64,000 nt of DNA from an uncultured Candidatus Saccharibacteria bacterium (GCA_964504275.1 CAZDDV010000003.1:8690-72689); one strand, 5' to 3'. Numbered from the stretch's first letter, positions 19,282-30,192 are shown. The notes: generated by a model from the sequence alone, not told the origin. A program made the numbers and translations.

Positions 19282-19710
19282 CTAGTATTTTTTGCGGCGG
19301 CGCTTGAGTTCGGCGACTTTGAGTCGAATAGCGCTTCGGTCGAGTTGCGCTTGAGCTTGATCCAAAGATTTTTGGTCTTTAGCTTCGCTCTTAAGTTTCA
19401 AGGCGTGTTCGTGGGCTTTTTTGACTTCGGCTTCGTTGAGTTCGTCGGAGTGGTCGGCTTCGTCAACCAACATTCGCACGTGATTATCCATGATTTCTAG
19501 CACGCCACCGTTAGTAACGTAATAATCCATTAGGTCATCTGGTGTGGTGGCTTTTGCACGAACTTTTATGATGCCTGGGCTTGCGATGCTAACCAGTGGC
19601 ATGTGGTCTTTAAACACACCAATTTCGCCGTCCGGAGTCGGCAAACGAAGCTCGTAGACTTCGTCTTTGAGTTTTGTGCCGCTGAGTGTTACGAGCTCAA
19701 ACTTAATCAT
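19282..19710 (-). CDS. atpC: F1 ATP synthase epsilon subunit
   Basis: 142 aa. The N-terminal beta-sandwich sequence FELVTLSGTKL...PTPDGEIGVFKDHMPLV and a helical C-terminus are typical of epsilon. Confidence 0.9.
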   Translation of the reverse strand: MIKFELVTLSGTKLKDEVYELRLPTPDGEIGVFKDHMPLVSIASPGIIKVRAKATTPDDLMDYYVTNGGVLEIMDNHVRMLVDEADHSDELNEAEVKKAHEHALKLKSEAKDQKSLDQAQAQLDRSAIRLKVAELKRRRKKY

Positions 19711-19890
19711 TATTTACCTCTGTAAATTGGTTACAACTAGCAAGCCCAAGCATGGTAACCACATCGCCAACACTTTTTGCTTCCGGAAAATTACCTTGTA
19801 CGAATTCGTTAAATGCGTAGCGAACCGCCTCGTCTTGTTGCATCAGTGGAATTTTGCTGCTAAATAGGGTGGGTTCGTGGTCGCTAAACA

Positions 19891-19891
<1 letters not shown>
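19703..19891 (-). CDS. Unknown 62-aa ORF filling the atpD-atpC gap
   Basis: TAATG stop/start overlap with atpD and an 8-nt overlap with the atpC start. AAGGAAG lies 7 nt upstream of the ATG. No recognisable motif. Confidence 0.5.
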
Positions 19892-21270
<1,379 letters not shown>

Positions 21271-21290
21271 TTAATTCTCCTTAATATCTG

Positions 21291-21782
21291 TTATAAAACG
21301 TTATTCGTTATTGTTGCCTCTTGTGAGAATCTAGCATAATCTTCCGGGGGAATCGCGAATTTACGGCCATTAAAACGCGCAACAACCTCGTATTCTATCG
21401 CGCCCTCGACAGCAGTAGCTGCGGCCATTCGCATTGCATCTCCAAAAGCAAGGTCAAGTCTTGGTGTCGCGCGAACGATGTCGACATCCCGTCTAATAGT
21501 AGTGACAATTTTCTTGCCTATACTTGTTTCGGGGCTCAATTGTCGGAACAAAGGAAAAGAAACTACGATCTCTTTTAGCCTATAGTCTTTTCTGGTCAAG
21601 AACCTACTGTACGCACTAAACTGATCTTGTTCAGCTTCATGATACACAGTCAAAGCAACACGTGCGATAGAACCAGGCTCGGTGCTGGGATTAATTGTAG
21701 GATATACTAATGCGCTCGCGCGAAGCACATCGACTGGATCGGAGCGCATGTTTCTGCGACGACGATTAGACTCTAGACTCAT
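21291..21782 (-). CDS. Unknown 163-aa ORF filling the atpG-atpD gap
   Basis: ATGA overlap with the atpG stop, with GGAGG upstream. It ends 20 nt before the atpD start. Soluble, with an Arg-rich N-terminus and no recognisable family. Confidence 0.6.
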   Translation of the reverse strand: MSLESNRRRRNMRSDPVDVLRASALVYPTINPSTEPGSIARVALTVYHEAEQDQFSAYSRFLTRKDYRLKEIVVSFPLFRQLSPETSIGKKIVTTIRRDVDIVRATPRLDLAFGDAMRMAAATAVEGAIEYEVVARFNGRKFAIPPEDYARFSQEATITNNVL

Positions 21783-22645
21783 GCTATTGCCTCCGCGCCG
21801 CCGGTGATTTCGGCGATTTCTTGGGTAATTGCTGCTTGTCGAGCGGTGTTAAATGCCAGAGTCAAATCGTCGATTAAATCGTTGGCGTTGTCGGTAGCGC
21901 TTTTCATGGCCATCATTCGCATAGAATGCTCGGATGCGCGGCTTTCGAGCAGTGATTGGCTTAAGTTTGCTTCGATTAGTCTATCGGTAACGCTGTCTAA
22001 AACGGCTTTTGCCGATGGCTCAAACACGGCGTTTTCGAGGTCGCGCGGAATTTCAACTTCAGTGAATGCTGCTGGTAGCAGACGATCAACCGTAACTTCT
22101 TGGTTGATGCTCGATTTAAAATCCGTATAGATTACATCGACCGCGTCGATTGCTGCTGTTTTGTACGAATCGGTAAGCGTAGAAAGGATTGGTGCAATAT
22201 CATTTGGCGAGGCAATTTCGGGGAAGTTTTGATAGGCGGCTACAACTTCGACGCCTTCTAGTTTTGCCGCAAAAATAGACACTTGACGGCCAACAACGAT
22301 AAGCTGTGTCGTTATGTTTGATTCGACATCTCGTTTAAGTTCGGTAGTTAAACGGCGCAGAACATTGCTGTTGTAGGCTCCGGCAAGTCCGCGATCACTA
22401 GTAACGGCAACAATCAAGCGAGTTTTAACATCGCGCTGCACAAACAACGGATGCACATCAACATCTGTTAGTTCGCGCAGACGAGTCAAAATTGCGTTCG
22501 CTAAATTTCGGTAATCGCGAGATTTCGCGGCAGCATCTTGCGCGCGCCGCATTTTGCTGGCAGCTACAAGCTCCATAGCCTTAGTAATCTGTTTGGTATT
22601 TTTAACAGATCCAATCCGCTGTTTTAGTTGCTGCGTACTAGCCAT
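21779..22645 (-). CDS. atpG: F1 ATP synthase gamma subunit
   Basis: 288 aa. The N-terminus is RIGSVKNTKQITKAMELVAASKMRRAQ and the C-terminus is NTARQAAITQEIAEI. Confidence 0.97.
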   Translation of the reverse strand: MASTQQLKQRIGSVKNTKQITKAMELVAASKMRRAQDAAAKSRDYRNLANAILTRLRELTDVDVHPLFVQRDVKTRLIVAVTSDRGLAGAYNSNVLRRLTTELKRDVESNITTQLIVVGRQVSIFAAKLEGVEVVAAYQNFPEIASPNDIAPILSTLTDSYKTAAIDAVDVIYTDFKSSINQEVTVDRLLPAAFTEVEIPRDLENAVFEPSAKAVLDSVTDRLIEANLSQSLLESRASEHSMRMMAMKSATDNANDLIDDLTLAFNTARQAAITQEIAEITGGAEAIA

Positions 22646-22934
22646 TCAGAATCTCGTTTCTCGAATTCAAAATCTCAGTTTCTAATTCATAATATACTCG
22701 AATGCCTCGCGCAATTGCATAGTCTTCAATCTGGTCAGTAACAAGAGCAATTGGCGTTGCATCGCGCAAACCAACGATACCGTAACCAATAACTCCGCGA
22801 ACTGCCATCTCCGCGCGTAGATAGAGTACTGCATCAAAATCATCAACAGGGCTTGGCAAAACCTCTCTGATTAATCGACTTGCGACATCCATCTCTGAAT
22901 CAAACATCTCGGCATGCGTAGCAGTCATTGTCAT
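22638..22934 (-). CDS. Unknown 98-aa ORF filling the atpA-atpG gap
   Basis: Its ATG directly follows the atpA TAA (TAAATG) and its stop overlaps the atpG start by 8 nt. AAGGAAG lies upstream. No recognisable family. Confidence 0.55.
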   Translation of the reverse strand: MTMTATHAEMFDSEMDVASRLIREVLPSPVDDFDAVLYLRAEMAVRGVIGYGIVGLRDATPIALVTDQIEDYAIARGIRVYYELETEILNSRNEILNG

Positions 22935-24488
22935 TTACGCTTCCTTGTAGCCTTTGGCGATTTCGGTTGCAGTTTTGAGGATGGCTTTTTGCATTTCTTC
23001 GGTTGGTTTGCCGCCTTTATCGAGTTCGCTCATGAGTTTTCTGTGGTCTTTGTGCAAGCGAGCGAGTAAGTTTTCTTGCACTACTCTTACGTCTTTGACT
23101 GACACACCGTCGAATGCGCCCTCGTTAGCAGCGTGCAAAATTGCAGTTTGTTCCCAGACAGAAAACGGCGAGTACTGTGGTTGTTTTAATAGTTCGGTCA
23201 AGCGTTGGCCGCGTTCGATACGCTGCTTGGTTTCTGGGTCAAGATCGGTAGAGAACTGCGCGAATGCAGCCAGTTCGCGGAACTGCGCCAAACTCAAGCG
23301 TAAGTTTCCGGCCACACCTTTTACGGCTTTGGTCTGCGCTGCGCCACCAACACGTGATACTGACAAGCCAACCGAGATTGCTGGGCGAATACCCTGGTAG
23401 AACAAGTTGGTTTCCATGAAAATCTGACCATCGGTAATAGAAATCACGTTGGTTGGAATATATGCGCTAATATCGCCAGCTTGCGTTTCGATAATCGGTA
23501 GGGCAGTTAGTGATCCGGCGCCCTCGGCGTCGCTCATTTTTGCCGAACGCTCGAGTAAGCGAGAGTGCAAGTAGAACACATCGCCCGGATATGCTTCGCG
23601 GCCTGGTGGGCGCCGGAGCAACAGTGACATTTGTCGATACGCCGCCGCGTGCTTGGTTAAATCATCGTAAATAATCAGCGCGTGCTGGCCGTTGTCGCGG
23701 AAATATTCGCCCATGGCAGTTCCGGCGTATGGCGCCAAAAACTGCAAGCTGGCTGGGTCGGCGGCAGATGTTGCGACGACAATTGTTTGATCCATAACAC
23801 CTTCGCGTTTGAGTCGTTCCACCAAACGAGCAACTTTGCTCAGCTTTTGGCCAACAGCAACATAAATGTTAACAATGCCGGTTTTTTGGCGATGTTGGTT
23901 AATCATGGTGTCGATTGCAATGGCGGTTTTTCCAGTTTGGCGGTCGCCAATGATAAGTTCGCGCTGGCCACGGCCAACAGGAATCATCGAATCGATTGCT
24001 AGAATTCCGGTCATTAATGGTTCGTGGACGCTTTTTCGGGCCAAAACTCCAGGGGCGGAGCGTTCTACCAAGCCTTTTTTGCTAGTTTTAACGGGCTCGC
24101 GGTCGTTTCCTTTGCCGTCCAAAGGGCGACCAAGCGGGTCAACCACGCGTCCGACTAACTCTGGACCAACAGGCACTTCCAAAACTTTTCCGGTTAAACG
24201 AACTTTAGCACCAGCTTTTACCTTGACGTCTTCGCCGAGCAAAACCGCACCGATTTCGTCTTCCATCAAGTTAAGCGCAAAGGCCGTTACGGTTCCACCA
24301 TCAGTCGCGTCGATTTCGATCATTTCGTTATAACCGGCAGCTGTTAAGCCGTAAATCCAGGCAATACCATCGCCAATACGCGTTACTAAACCAACGGTTT
24401 CCATTTGTCCGCTGCCTTTGAGCTGCTCAATCGCTTCGCGAATACTTGCGCTCAGTTCTTTTACAGATAGTTCAGTGCTTGATGTCAT
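22935..24488 (-). CDS. atpA: F1 ATP synthase alpha subunit
   Basis: 517 aa. P-loop GDRQTGKT plus alpha-typical sequence throughout. Confidence 0.98.
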   Translation of the reverse strand: MTSSTELSVKELSASIREAIEQLKGSGQMETVGLVTRIGDGIAWIYGLTAAGYNEMIEIDATDGGTVTAFALNLMEDEIGAVLLGEDVKVKAGAKVRLTGKVLEVPVGPELVGRVVDPLGRPLDGKGNDREPVKTSKKGLVERSAPGVLARKSVHEPLMTGILAIDSMIPVGRGQRELIIGDRQTGKTAIAIDTMINQHRQKTGIVNIYVAVGQKLSKVARLVERLKREGVMDQTIVVATSAADPASLQFLAPYAGTAMGEYFRDNGQHALIIYDDLTKHAAAYRQMSLLLRRPPGREAYPGDVFYLHSRLLERSAKMSDAEGAGSLTALPIIETQAGDISAYIPTNVISITDGQIFMETNLFYQGIRPAISVGLSVSRVGGAAQTKAVKGVAGNLRLSLAQFRELAAFAQFSTDLDPETKQRIERGQRLTELLKQPQYSPFSVWEQTAILHAANEGAFDGVSVKDVRVVQENLLARLHKDHRKLMSELDKGGKPTEEMQKAILKTATEIAKGYKEA

Positions 24489-24516
24489 GCGTTTACTCCT
24501 TCTTATTCTTCGTCTG

Positions 24517-24906
24517 TTAAACAGTTGCTTGTTTTAATTTGTTGAGTTTTGCTCGGACAGTAATGTCGAGTTGCTGCTCGTTTGTTTCGATTCGCACGCC
24601 ACCGATTACGGATGGGTCGATTGTCTCGTTCAAAATAACTTTGTCGGCTTTGCTTGTTTTAGCAACCATCGCTTTCAAATCACTTTTGAGCTTAGCAGAA
24701 ATCGGATGCGCACTGACAACGGTGGCTTCAGTGATGCCGTTGTCGCTACGCATACGAACCATATCCCGCATTAAACCGTCGAGCTCTTTGGTTTGGCGAT
24801 TTTGCGTCAAGTATAGCGCAATTGCCTCGGCTAATTGTTTTTGATCTCGCGATTTTTCAGCGAGGTTCAACAGGGCAGTGGCAGTTTCTTTGCGCTTATT
24901 ACTCAT
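24517..24906 (-). CDS. atpH: ATP synthase delta (OSCP) subunit, unusually short
   Basis: 129 aa. The C-terminal [29 protein letters not shown] matches the OSCP C-terminal pattern, and the position between atpF and atpA fits. From memory, typical delta is about 180 aa. Confidence 0.75.
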   Translation of the reverse strand: MSNKRKETATALLNLAEKSRDQKQLAEAIALYLTQNRQTKELDGLMRDMVRMRSDNGITEATVVSAHPISAKLKSDLKAMVAKTSKADKVILNETIDPSVIGGVRIETNEQQLDITVRAKLNKLKQATV

Positions 24907-24908
24907 GG

Positions 24909-25457
24909 TTATTTTTCTGCCCCAACTTCAGACAGCGAACGTTCCATAAGCTTGGCGTCTTTGCTAGCGTCGAGTTTTTCATGAATAATAATTTCTGTCG
25001 CGCGAGCCACCAGTTCGAGCGTGTCTTTTTGGAGTTCTTTTTTAGCGCGTTTTACTTCGCCGTCGATCTTTGTTTGCGCCTCTATTAGCATTGTTTCTAC
25101 TTTTTCGGCAGTTTTAAGTTCGGCCTCTTTGAGCAAACCGCCAGATTCTTCGTGAGCCTCGGCTATAATTGCGTCGGCTTCTGTTCGAGCTTTGCTGAGT
25201 GTTTCTTCAATGCGTTGTTCTAACTTTTCTTTTTCGACTTCCATTTCTTGGCCAAGTCGTACTCCGTCGTCAATTGTCTTGCGGCGTTTTTCGAGCGTTT
25301 CAATAATGCCGCTCAGTGCGAACTTTTTTATAACAAAAAACAATACCAAAAAGGTAAGTGCTTGCGCGCCAATTGCCAATGGGTCAATACCCAGCGCGCC
25401 AATGCCGCTGACTTCTTCTGTCGCACCAAAACTAGTTAATAAATGTATGAACTCCAT
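24909..25457 (-). CDS. atpF: ATP synthase Fo subunit b
   Basis: 182 aa with one N-terminal transmembrane helix and a long charged helix. AGGAG Shine-Dalgarno and operon position support the call. Confidence 0.85.
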   Translation of the reverse strand: MEFIHLLTSFGATEEVSGIGALGIDPLAIGAQALTFLVLFFVIKKFALSGIIETLEKRRKTIDDGVRLGQEMEVEKEKLEQRIEETLSKARTEADAIIAEAHEESGGLLKEAELKTAEKVETMLIEAQTKIDGEVKRAKKELQKDTLELVARATEIIIHEKLDASKDAKLMERSLSEVGAEK

Positions 25458-25527
25458 GTTGCTCCTGTTAGTTTATCAGATCTGACGTAGTTTTGAGCCA
25501 ACTGGCCCAATCAGCACACTCAGATGA

Positions 25528-25635
25528 TTTGTTGAGATGAAGTGCAAGGCGTCGCTGAGACCCGTAAGCAAATCGTATTTGTAATACGATGCCGCGCGGA
25601 ATGCTCAGCGACAACGCTGCAATTCGCTCAACAAA
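25528..25635. other. 108-nt rod-like imperfect inverted repeat immediately downstream of the atpE stop
   Basis: On the transcript strand: an outer 9-bp stem TTTGTTGAG/CTCAACAAA, a 9-bp stem GTCGCTGAG/CTCAGCGAC, and an apical 8-bp stem ATCGTATT/AATACGAT with loop ACA. Confidence 0.7.
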
Positions 25636-25887
25636 TTAGCTGAGGAGGAATGCGCCGAGTAGGAAGGCTAAAAGTGCGGTAACCTCAATCATCGCAGCGA
25701 TGATCACGATCTGGCCTGCAGCCTTACCAGCTTCTGGGTTTCGACCCAAAGCTTTCATGTAGTTTGCGCCAACCCAGCCAAGTGAAAACGCAGCAGCACC
25801 GAGAACGATACCGAGCATAATTCCTTTAGCCATAATTGGCATGTCGCTAGCAGCAGCCTCGGCTGCAAATGTTGTCAATGGAGACAT
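25636..25887 (-). CDS. atpE: ATP synthase Fo subunit c
   Basis: 83 aa forming a two-helix hairpin with a GRNPE loop and the ion-binding carboxylate in AAMIEVTAL. Confidence 0.9.
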   Translation of the reverse strand: MSPLTTFAAEAAASDMPIMAKGIMLGIVLGAAAFSLGWVGANYMKALGRNPEAGKAAGQIVIIAAMIEVTALLAFLLGAFLLS

Positions 25888-25944
25888 ATAATGTAATTCC
25901 TTCTTCTTATTTGATATCCATTATGCACATAAAAAATGTGCCAA

Positions 25945-26817
25945 TCATGTCGTCGCGCCTTCGACCTTTTTTGGCGTCGGTTCATGAACATCGTCGTGGC
26001 CATCATGGGAATGGGCGATGGCGAGCCCCAGATAAGTAGCAGCAAGGACAGTAAATACGTAAGCCTGGATTCCAGCAACCAGAACCTCAAACAGCAAAAT
26101 CGGAATAACGGCGAGCGGAGTGCGTCCACCAGAGGCAACAAGCGAAGTAAAGACGGCAACTAAAATTTCGCCAACTGCCGTGTTCAAAAAGAGCCTCAAA
26201 CTCAGGCTCAAAATACGCGTAAACTCACCAAATACTTCGAGCACACCAATAAACAGATTAATTGGGTTCAGTGGTTTGTCGGTAAAATAATGCTTGAGGT
26301 GATTTTTGCCGCCCTGCGCTTGAATCGACAAAACCTGCACAATGATAATAGCAATCACACTCAAGGCAATTGTACCGTTTAGATCGGCCGTAAATGGTCG
26401 GAAAAGTGGCGTGTGAACACCCGCAACATTAACACTCAACCCTGGACCAACCAGTGGCAACAACGCAAGCAAGTTGGTAAATATAATAAAGAAAAAGAAT
26501 GTACCAAAAATCGGCGCGTATTTAACGGCGCGTTTTCGCGAGCCCAGGGCGTTTTCTAGCAAGCCTAGCAAAACCTCGGTAATTATTTCGATACTTTGAC
26601 CGAAACCTCTGGCTGGATTTAGCTTGGTGTTTCGTTTCCCCCACAGTAGAATCGCCAAAATAACCAAACCGCTTAACAATCCGTAAATCATAGAGTTCGT
26701 AACAGTTAGCGGCCCCAGTTGCGCAATTGGCTCGGCGCGCAAACTAATGTGAATATCACTTGCAGCAAACATTCCATTCGAAACAAAACCGGAGATTGCA
26801 TTAAAAGGACCTACCAT
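25945..26817 (-). CDS. atpB: ATP synthase Fo subunit a with a His/Asp-rich C-terminal tail
   Basis: 290 aa. The LSLRLFLNTAVGE region contains the conserved Arg. The tail is AHSHDGHDDVHEPTPKK. Confidence 0.9.
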   Translation of the reverse strand: MVGPFNAISGFVSNGMFAASDIHISLRAEPIAQLGPLTVTNSMIYGLLSGLVILAILLWGKRNTKLNPARGFGQSIEIITEVLLGLLENALGSRKRAVKYAPIFGTFFFFIIFTNLLALLPLVGPGLSVNVAGVHTPLFRPFTADLNGTIALSVIAIIIVQVLSIQAQGGKNHLKHYFTDKPLNPINLFIGVLEVFGEFTRILSLSLRLFLNTAVGEILVAVFTSLVASGGRTPLAVIPILLFEVLVAGIQAYVFTVLAATYLGLAIAHSHDGHDDVHEPTPKKVEGATT

Positions 26818-26941
26818 TTGTAGCTCCTTGCGGTCGTCGGCGATCTGTCGGCGGCTATCCTCATCTGCCCGGCATCATAACAAATAAGTTAAGGGGTGCG
26901 CAAGCGTTTTTTCAGATTAGGCACGTGATATAATACTACGT

Positions 26942-27094
26942 ATGGATTATCCGAATTACTTTGCACATCACGTCCCGAGCGAGCAACAATTTTCTGTTCA
27001 TATCTTGCCGATTGTTGTTTGCGCCGTTGTGGCGGCACTTTTTGTTGGAATCTTACTAGTCAAGAAACGTAAACATAACCAGAAGGATCAATAA
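26942..27094 (+). CDS. Small single-pass membrane protein (50 aa), not in the ORF track
   Basis: An extended -10 box TGaTATAAT (26926-26934) lies 7 nt before the ATG. Translation is MDYPNYFAHHVPSEQQFSVHILPIVVCAVVAALFVGILLVKKRKHNQKDQ. TAATG overlap with the glutaredoxin-like gene. Confidence 0.45.
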   Translation: MDYPNYFAHHVPSEQQFSVHILPIVVCAVVAALFVGILLVKKRKHNQKDQ

Positions 27095-27333
27095 TGATAA
27101 CCGTATACACCACACCAACGTGCGCGTTTTGCCACGCCGTAAAAGACTATTTCAAAAGCAAAGACATCAAGTACAAAGAAACTGATTTGACCGAAGATCA
27201 AGCCGCGGCGCAGTGGGTACTTGATAAAACTGGCCAGCTCGCCGTCCCTGTTATTGATATCAACGACACCATTATTGTCGGATTTAATAAACCTGCCATT
27301 GACGACGCACTCGAAAAAGCAAAATCCAAATAG
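27094..27333 (+). CDS. Glutaredoxin-like (NrdH/YruB-type) thioredoxin-fold protein
   Basis: 79 aa with a CxxC in TTPTCAFCHAVK and VPVIDIND.IIVGF. Confidence 0.85.
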   Translation: MITVYTTPTCAFCHAVKDYFKSKDIKYKETDLTEDQAAAQWVLDKTGQLAVPVIDINDTIIVGFNKPAIDDALEKAKSK

Positions 27334-27451
27334 CAAATTACAAATAACAAATAAATACCAAGCACCGTCTGAAATTTCTGTCATTCGAATTTTGAATTTA
27401 TTTGGAATTTAGATTTTGGAGTTTGTGATTTTCATGCGCTAGAATGTGTAT

Positions 27452-28021
27452 ATGGCTTTCGAAGATTACAAACAAAAAAAATCCGTCGTGGTTGTTTATA
27501 CCGGCGAGGGCAAGGGCAAGACCAGCGCCAGCATGGGTCTGATGACGCGTGCACTTGGCACCGATTGGGCAGTGGCATTTATTCAGTTCATAAAACACTG
27601 GGATGTCGGCGAACATCGATTTATCGCCAAGGTTCAGCCCTTATTTAAGAGTAAGCTATATTTTTACAAGGGCGGCAAAGGTTTTTATAACGCAGGCGAG
27701 TTAAGTGCTGAGGGCGTCACTGAAGCCCAACATAAGCAAGCCGCTCTAGAAACCTACAATGAGGCCTACAAAGCCGCAACCTCTGGAAAGTTCGATTTAG
27801 TGATTTGCGACGAAATCAACAACGCCGTCAACAACAAGCTTATTAGCGTCAAACAGCTCGAAACATTAATAAAAAAGAAGTCGCCCAAAACTAGCCTCTG
27901 CATCACCGGCCGTAACTTCCCGGACGAATTACTACCACTAACCGACATCGCCACCAATATGACGAAAATTCGCCACCATTTTGACGAAAAATTTCTTGCA
28001 AACAAGGGCATTGATTACTAA
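27452..28021 (+). CDS. cobO: Cob(I)yrinic acid a,c-diamide adenosyltransferase family (CobA/CobO/BtuR)
   Basis: Contains YTGEGKGKTSASMGLMTRALG and ICDEINNAV. TAGAAT at 27440-27445 lies 6 nt before this ATG. The ORF-track GTG at 27446 directly abuts the 3-prime end of the -10 box. Confidence 0.8.
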   Translation: MAFEDYKQKKSVVVVYTGEGKGKTSASMGLMTRALGTDWAVAFIQFIKHWDVGEHRFIAKVQPLFKSKLYFYKGGKGFYNAGELSAEGVTEAQHKQAALETYNEAYKAATSGKFDLVICDEINNAVNNKLISVKQLETLIKKKSPKTSLCITGRNFPDELLPLTDIATNMTKIRHHFDEKFLANKGIDY

Positions 28022-28029
28022 GATTTTAA

Positions 28030-28485
28030 TTACTGTGCTTGAGCCTTCTCAACAATAAGCGTTTTAGTATTTCTCATGCCGCGCTCATGGAGATACCCGT
28101 TTCGGTCATAAAATTTCTGTGAGGGAGCAAGCGCGAACAAAGTCACAGAAATCGCGCCAAGTTTAAGAGCAGAGTGCTCGATACCGGCAAGCAACTGCGC
28201 ACCGACGCGAAGTTCGCTATTTGAACGCATCGTTTTCGTGACTGCAATTTGCAGAATACGAAAATCTCCCGTTTGCTCGCCACAAATGTCACGATCCAAA
28301 TATCCAGCTGCCGCGCCAACCACTTTACCGTTGTACACGGCCGCAAGTGCTGCGTCCGCTGGGATACGATCAAAGTAGTCTTGATGATCGCGATTCCTGG
28401 CAAGGTCGCCGAGTTCAAACAACAGCAAGTCGGCTGCGGGTTTACGCACAGAAGCATCTGCCAAAGCGTTAATTATTTCTATCAT
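28030..28485 (-). CDS. GNAT family N-acetyltransferase
   Basis: 151 aa. Motif-A-like ILQIAVTKTMRSNSELRVGAQLL and a C-terminal KFYDRNGY. Confidence 0.75.
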   Translation of the reverse strand: MIEIINALADASVRKPAADLLLFELGDLARNRDHQDYFDRIPADAALAAVYNGKVVGAAAGYLDRDICGEQTGDFRILQIAVTKTMRSNSELRVGAQLLAGIEHSALKLGAISVTLFALAPSQKFYDRNGYLHERGMRNTKTLIVEKAQAQ

Positions 28486-28519
28486 AATACTTATTATATC
28501 ATAAAATTGAGTATTTGCC

Positions 28520-28984
28520 TTATACCGCGTCGTCTAGCAGTTTCGCGCGCTCAGAACTGCTTCCAGAAGATTGTGTATAGCCGTGTTTATCAAAGAACTC
28601 CGCAGACTCTGACCGTGGAAACAGGCGCATGCGAGTTGAGCCGCCATCAAATGCACGAACCTCGATCTCCTGTAGCAACATACTGCCAATGCCAGGGTGG
28701 CGTAATCGTTGAGACTCAACAACGGCTATTTCGTGCAACATAAAAACGTTGTGATACGTTCCATCGTCACCACCGGCGGCAGCACCGACAAGCTCCTTAC
28801 CAATAGTGGCCGCCAGAATTACATCAGCTGGCATGTGGTCAAAGTAATCACCGCTTAGCGTTGGGTCTAGTTTTGTACCTAAGATATCCATCAACAGAGC
28901 AGCAGCTTTTTGGCGGCGGTCATGATTGCGGCGGTCATGATTGCCCGAGATTTCAAGAATTTCAATCATGAGCTTATTATACAA
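28520..28984 (-). CDS. GNAT family N-acetyltransferase (tandem paralogue)
   Basis: 154 aa. Contains LHEIAVVESQRLRHPGIGSMLL and FFDKHGY. Also contains a 15-bp perfect tandem duplication. Confidence 0.75.
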   Translation of the reverse strand: MYNKLMIEILEISGNHDRRNHDRRQKAAALLMDILGTKLDPTLSGDYFDHMPADVILAATIGKELVGAAAGGDDGTYHNVFMLHEIAVVESQRLRHPGIGSMLLQEIEVRAFDGGSTRMRLFPRSESAEFFDKHGYTQSSGSSSERAKLLDDAV

Positions 28985-29080
28985 CTTTGGATTAAATTTG
29001 TAAACACCGCTTAGCTATCCGGCGTTTTTGACTGCTAGAAGATACTCAAGACAACGTGTATTGTTTGCTAGAATAGACGC

Positions 29081-29587
29081 ATGCCTACACTGTATTTGAT
29101 GCTTGGATATCCGGGCGCTGGCAAAACTACAACCGCAAAGGTGATTGCCGATATCACCGGTGCGACGTTGCTCAGCTCGGACGCACTGCGATTTGAGATG
29201 TTCGACTCTCCAAGATTTTCCGAAGAAGAACATGAACAGCTGTATCGCGAATTAAATCAGAGAACCGAAAAACTTCTGGCAAGCGGCAAAGATGTGGTGT
29301 ACGACGCTAACCTCAATCGTCACGAACACCGACGCGAAAAATACGACATCTGCGAACAAGCAAACGCCACGCCAAAACTTATTTGGGTTCGTACACCCAA
29401 GGAGCTAGCAAAACAACGCGCCACGCACGAAAGTCGCAAGCATTTTACACCCAGAGGCGAAGCTCTGGCCGATATGTTTGATCGCATTGCTAATCTGATA
29501 GAAGAGCCAAAGCAAGACGAACATCATATCGAAATCATCGGGCAAAACGTCACACCAGAAATTGTCCGCGCAAAATTAGGCCTATGA
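29081..29587 (+). CDS. P-loop kinase-like ATPase (AAA_33 / zeta-toxin-like fold)
   Basis: 168 aa with Walker A GYPGAGKTT. TAGAAT at 29069-29074 lies 6 nt before the ATG. Confidence 0.7.
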   Translation: MPTLYLMLGYPGAGKTTTAKVIADITGATLLSSDALRFEMFDSPRFSEEEHEQLYRELNQRTEKLLASGKDVVYDANLNRHEHRREKYDICEQANATPKLIWVRTPKELAKQRATHESRKHFTPRGEALADMFDRIANLIEEPKQDEHHIEIIGQNVTPEIVRAKLGL

Positions 29588-30159
29588 ATAAACGAACCGT
29601 CAAAAAACTGGTTCAGGCCGCGCTGTTTCTACTGTTGGTTGGTGCAACATATTTCGCTAGTCAACAGCAAAACGTTCAACAAACCGTGCAAAAGGTGGTG
29701 CCACCGGCCGGCAGCTACAACGTAACGAAAGTCGACGACGGCGACACTATTATGGTTGATATGGACGGAGTAGAGGAAAAAGTTCGATTTATCGGCGTCG
29801 ATACGCCCGAAACCAAAGATCCGCGCAAAGTTGTGCAATGTTTTGGTAAAGCCGCTAGCGAATTTACCAAAAACTTAATTGGTTCAAACCCAGTAAAACT
29901 AGAAGCGGACCCAACCAACACCAACCGTGACCGCTATAATCGCTTGCTTCGCTACGTATATTTGCCCGATGGAACACTAGTGAACGCAAAAATTATTGAG
30001 CAAGGGTACGGCTTTGCGTACGTTAGTTTTCCGTTTACAAAACTAGAAGAATTCAAACAACTACAAACTGAGGCCAGAGAACAAAACCGCGGATTATGGA
30101 ACGAATGCGATCCGGCAAAAAATGAGTATGGTGGATTTACATCGAATCCAGCGGAATAA
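29584..30159 (+). CDS. Thermonuclease (staphylococcal nuclease-like), membrane-anchored or secreted
   Basis: N-terminal hydrophobic helix, then DGDTIMV...RFIGVDTPET...DRYNRLLRYVY...GYGFAY. ATGA overlap with the upstream gene. Confidence 0.85.
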   Translation: MNKRTVKKLVQAALFLLLVGATYFASQQQNVQQTVQKVVPPAGSYNVTKVDDGDTIMVDMDGVEEKVRFIGVDTPETKDPRKVVQCFGKAASEFTKNLIGSNPVKLEADPTNTNRDRYNRLLRYVYLPDGTLVNAKIIEQGYGFAYVSFPFTKLEEFKQLQTEAREQNRGLWNECDPAKNEYGGFTSNPAE

Positions 30160-30192
30160 TTTTTAAAATATTTGCCCAGTTACAGTAATCAG

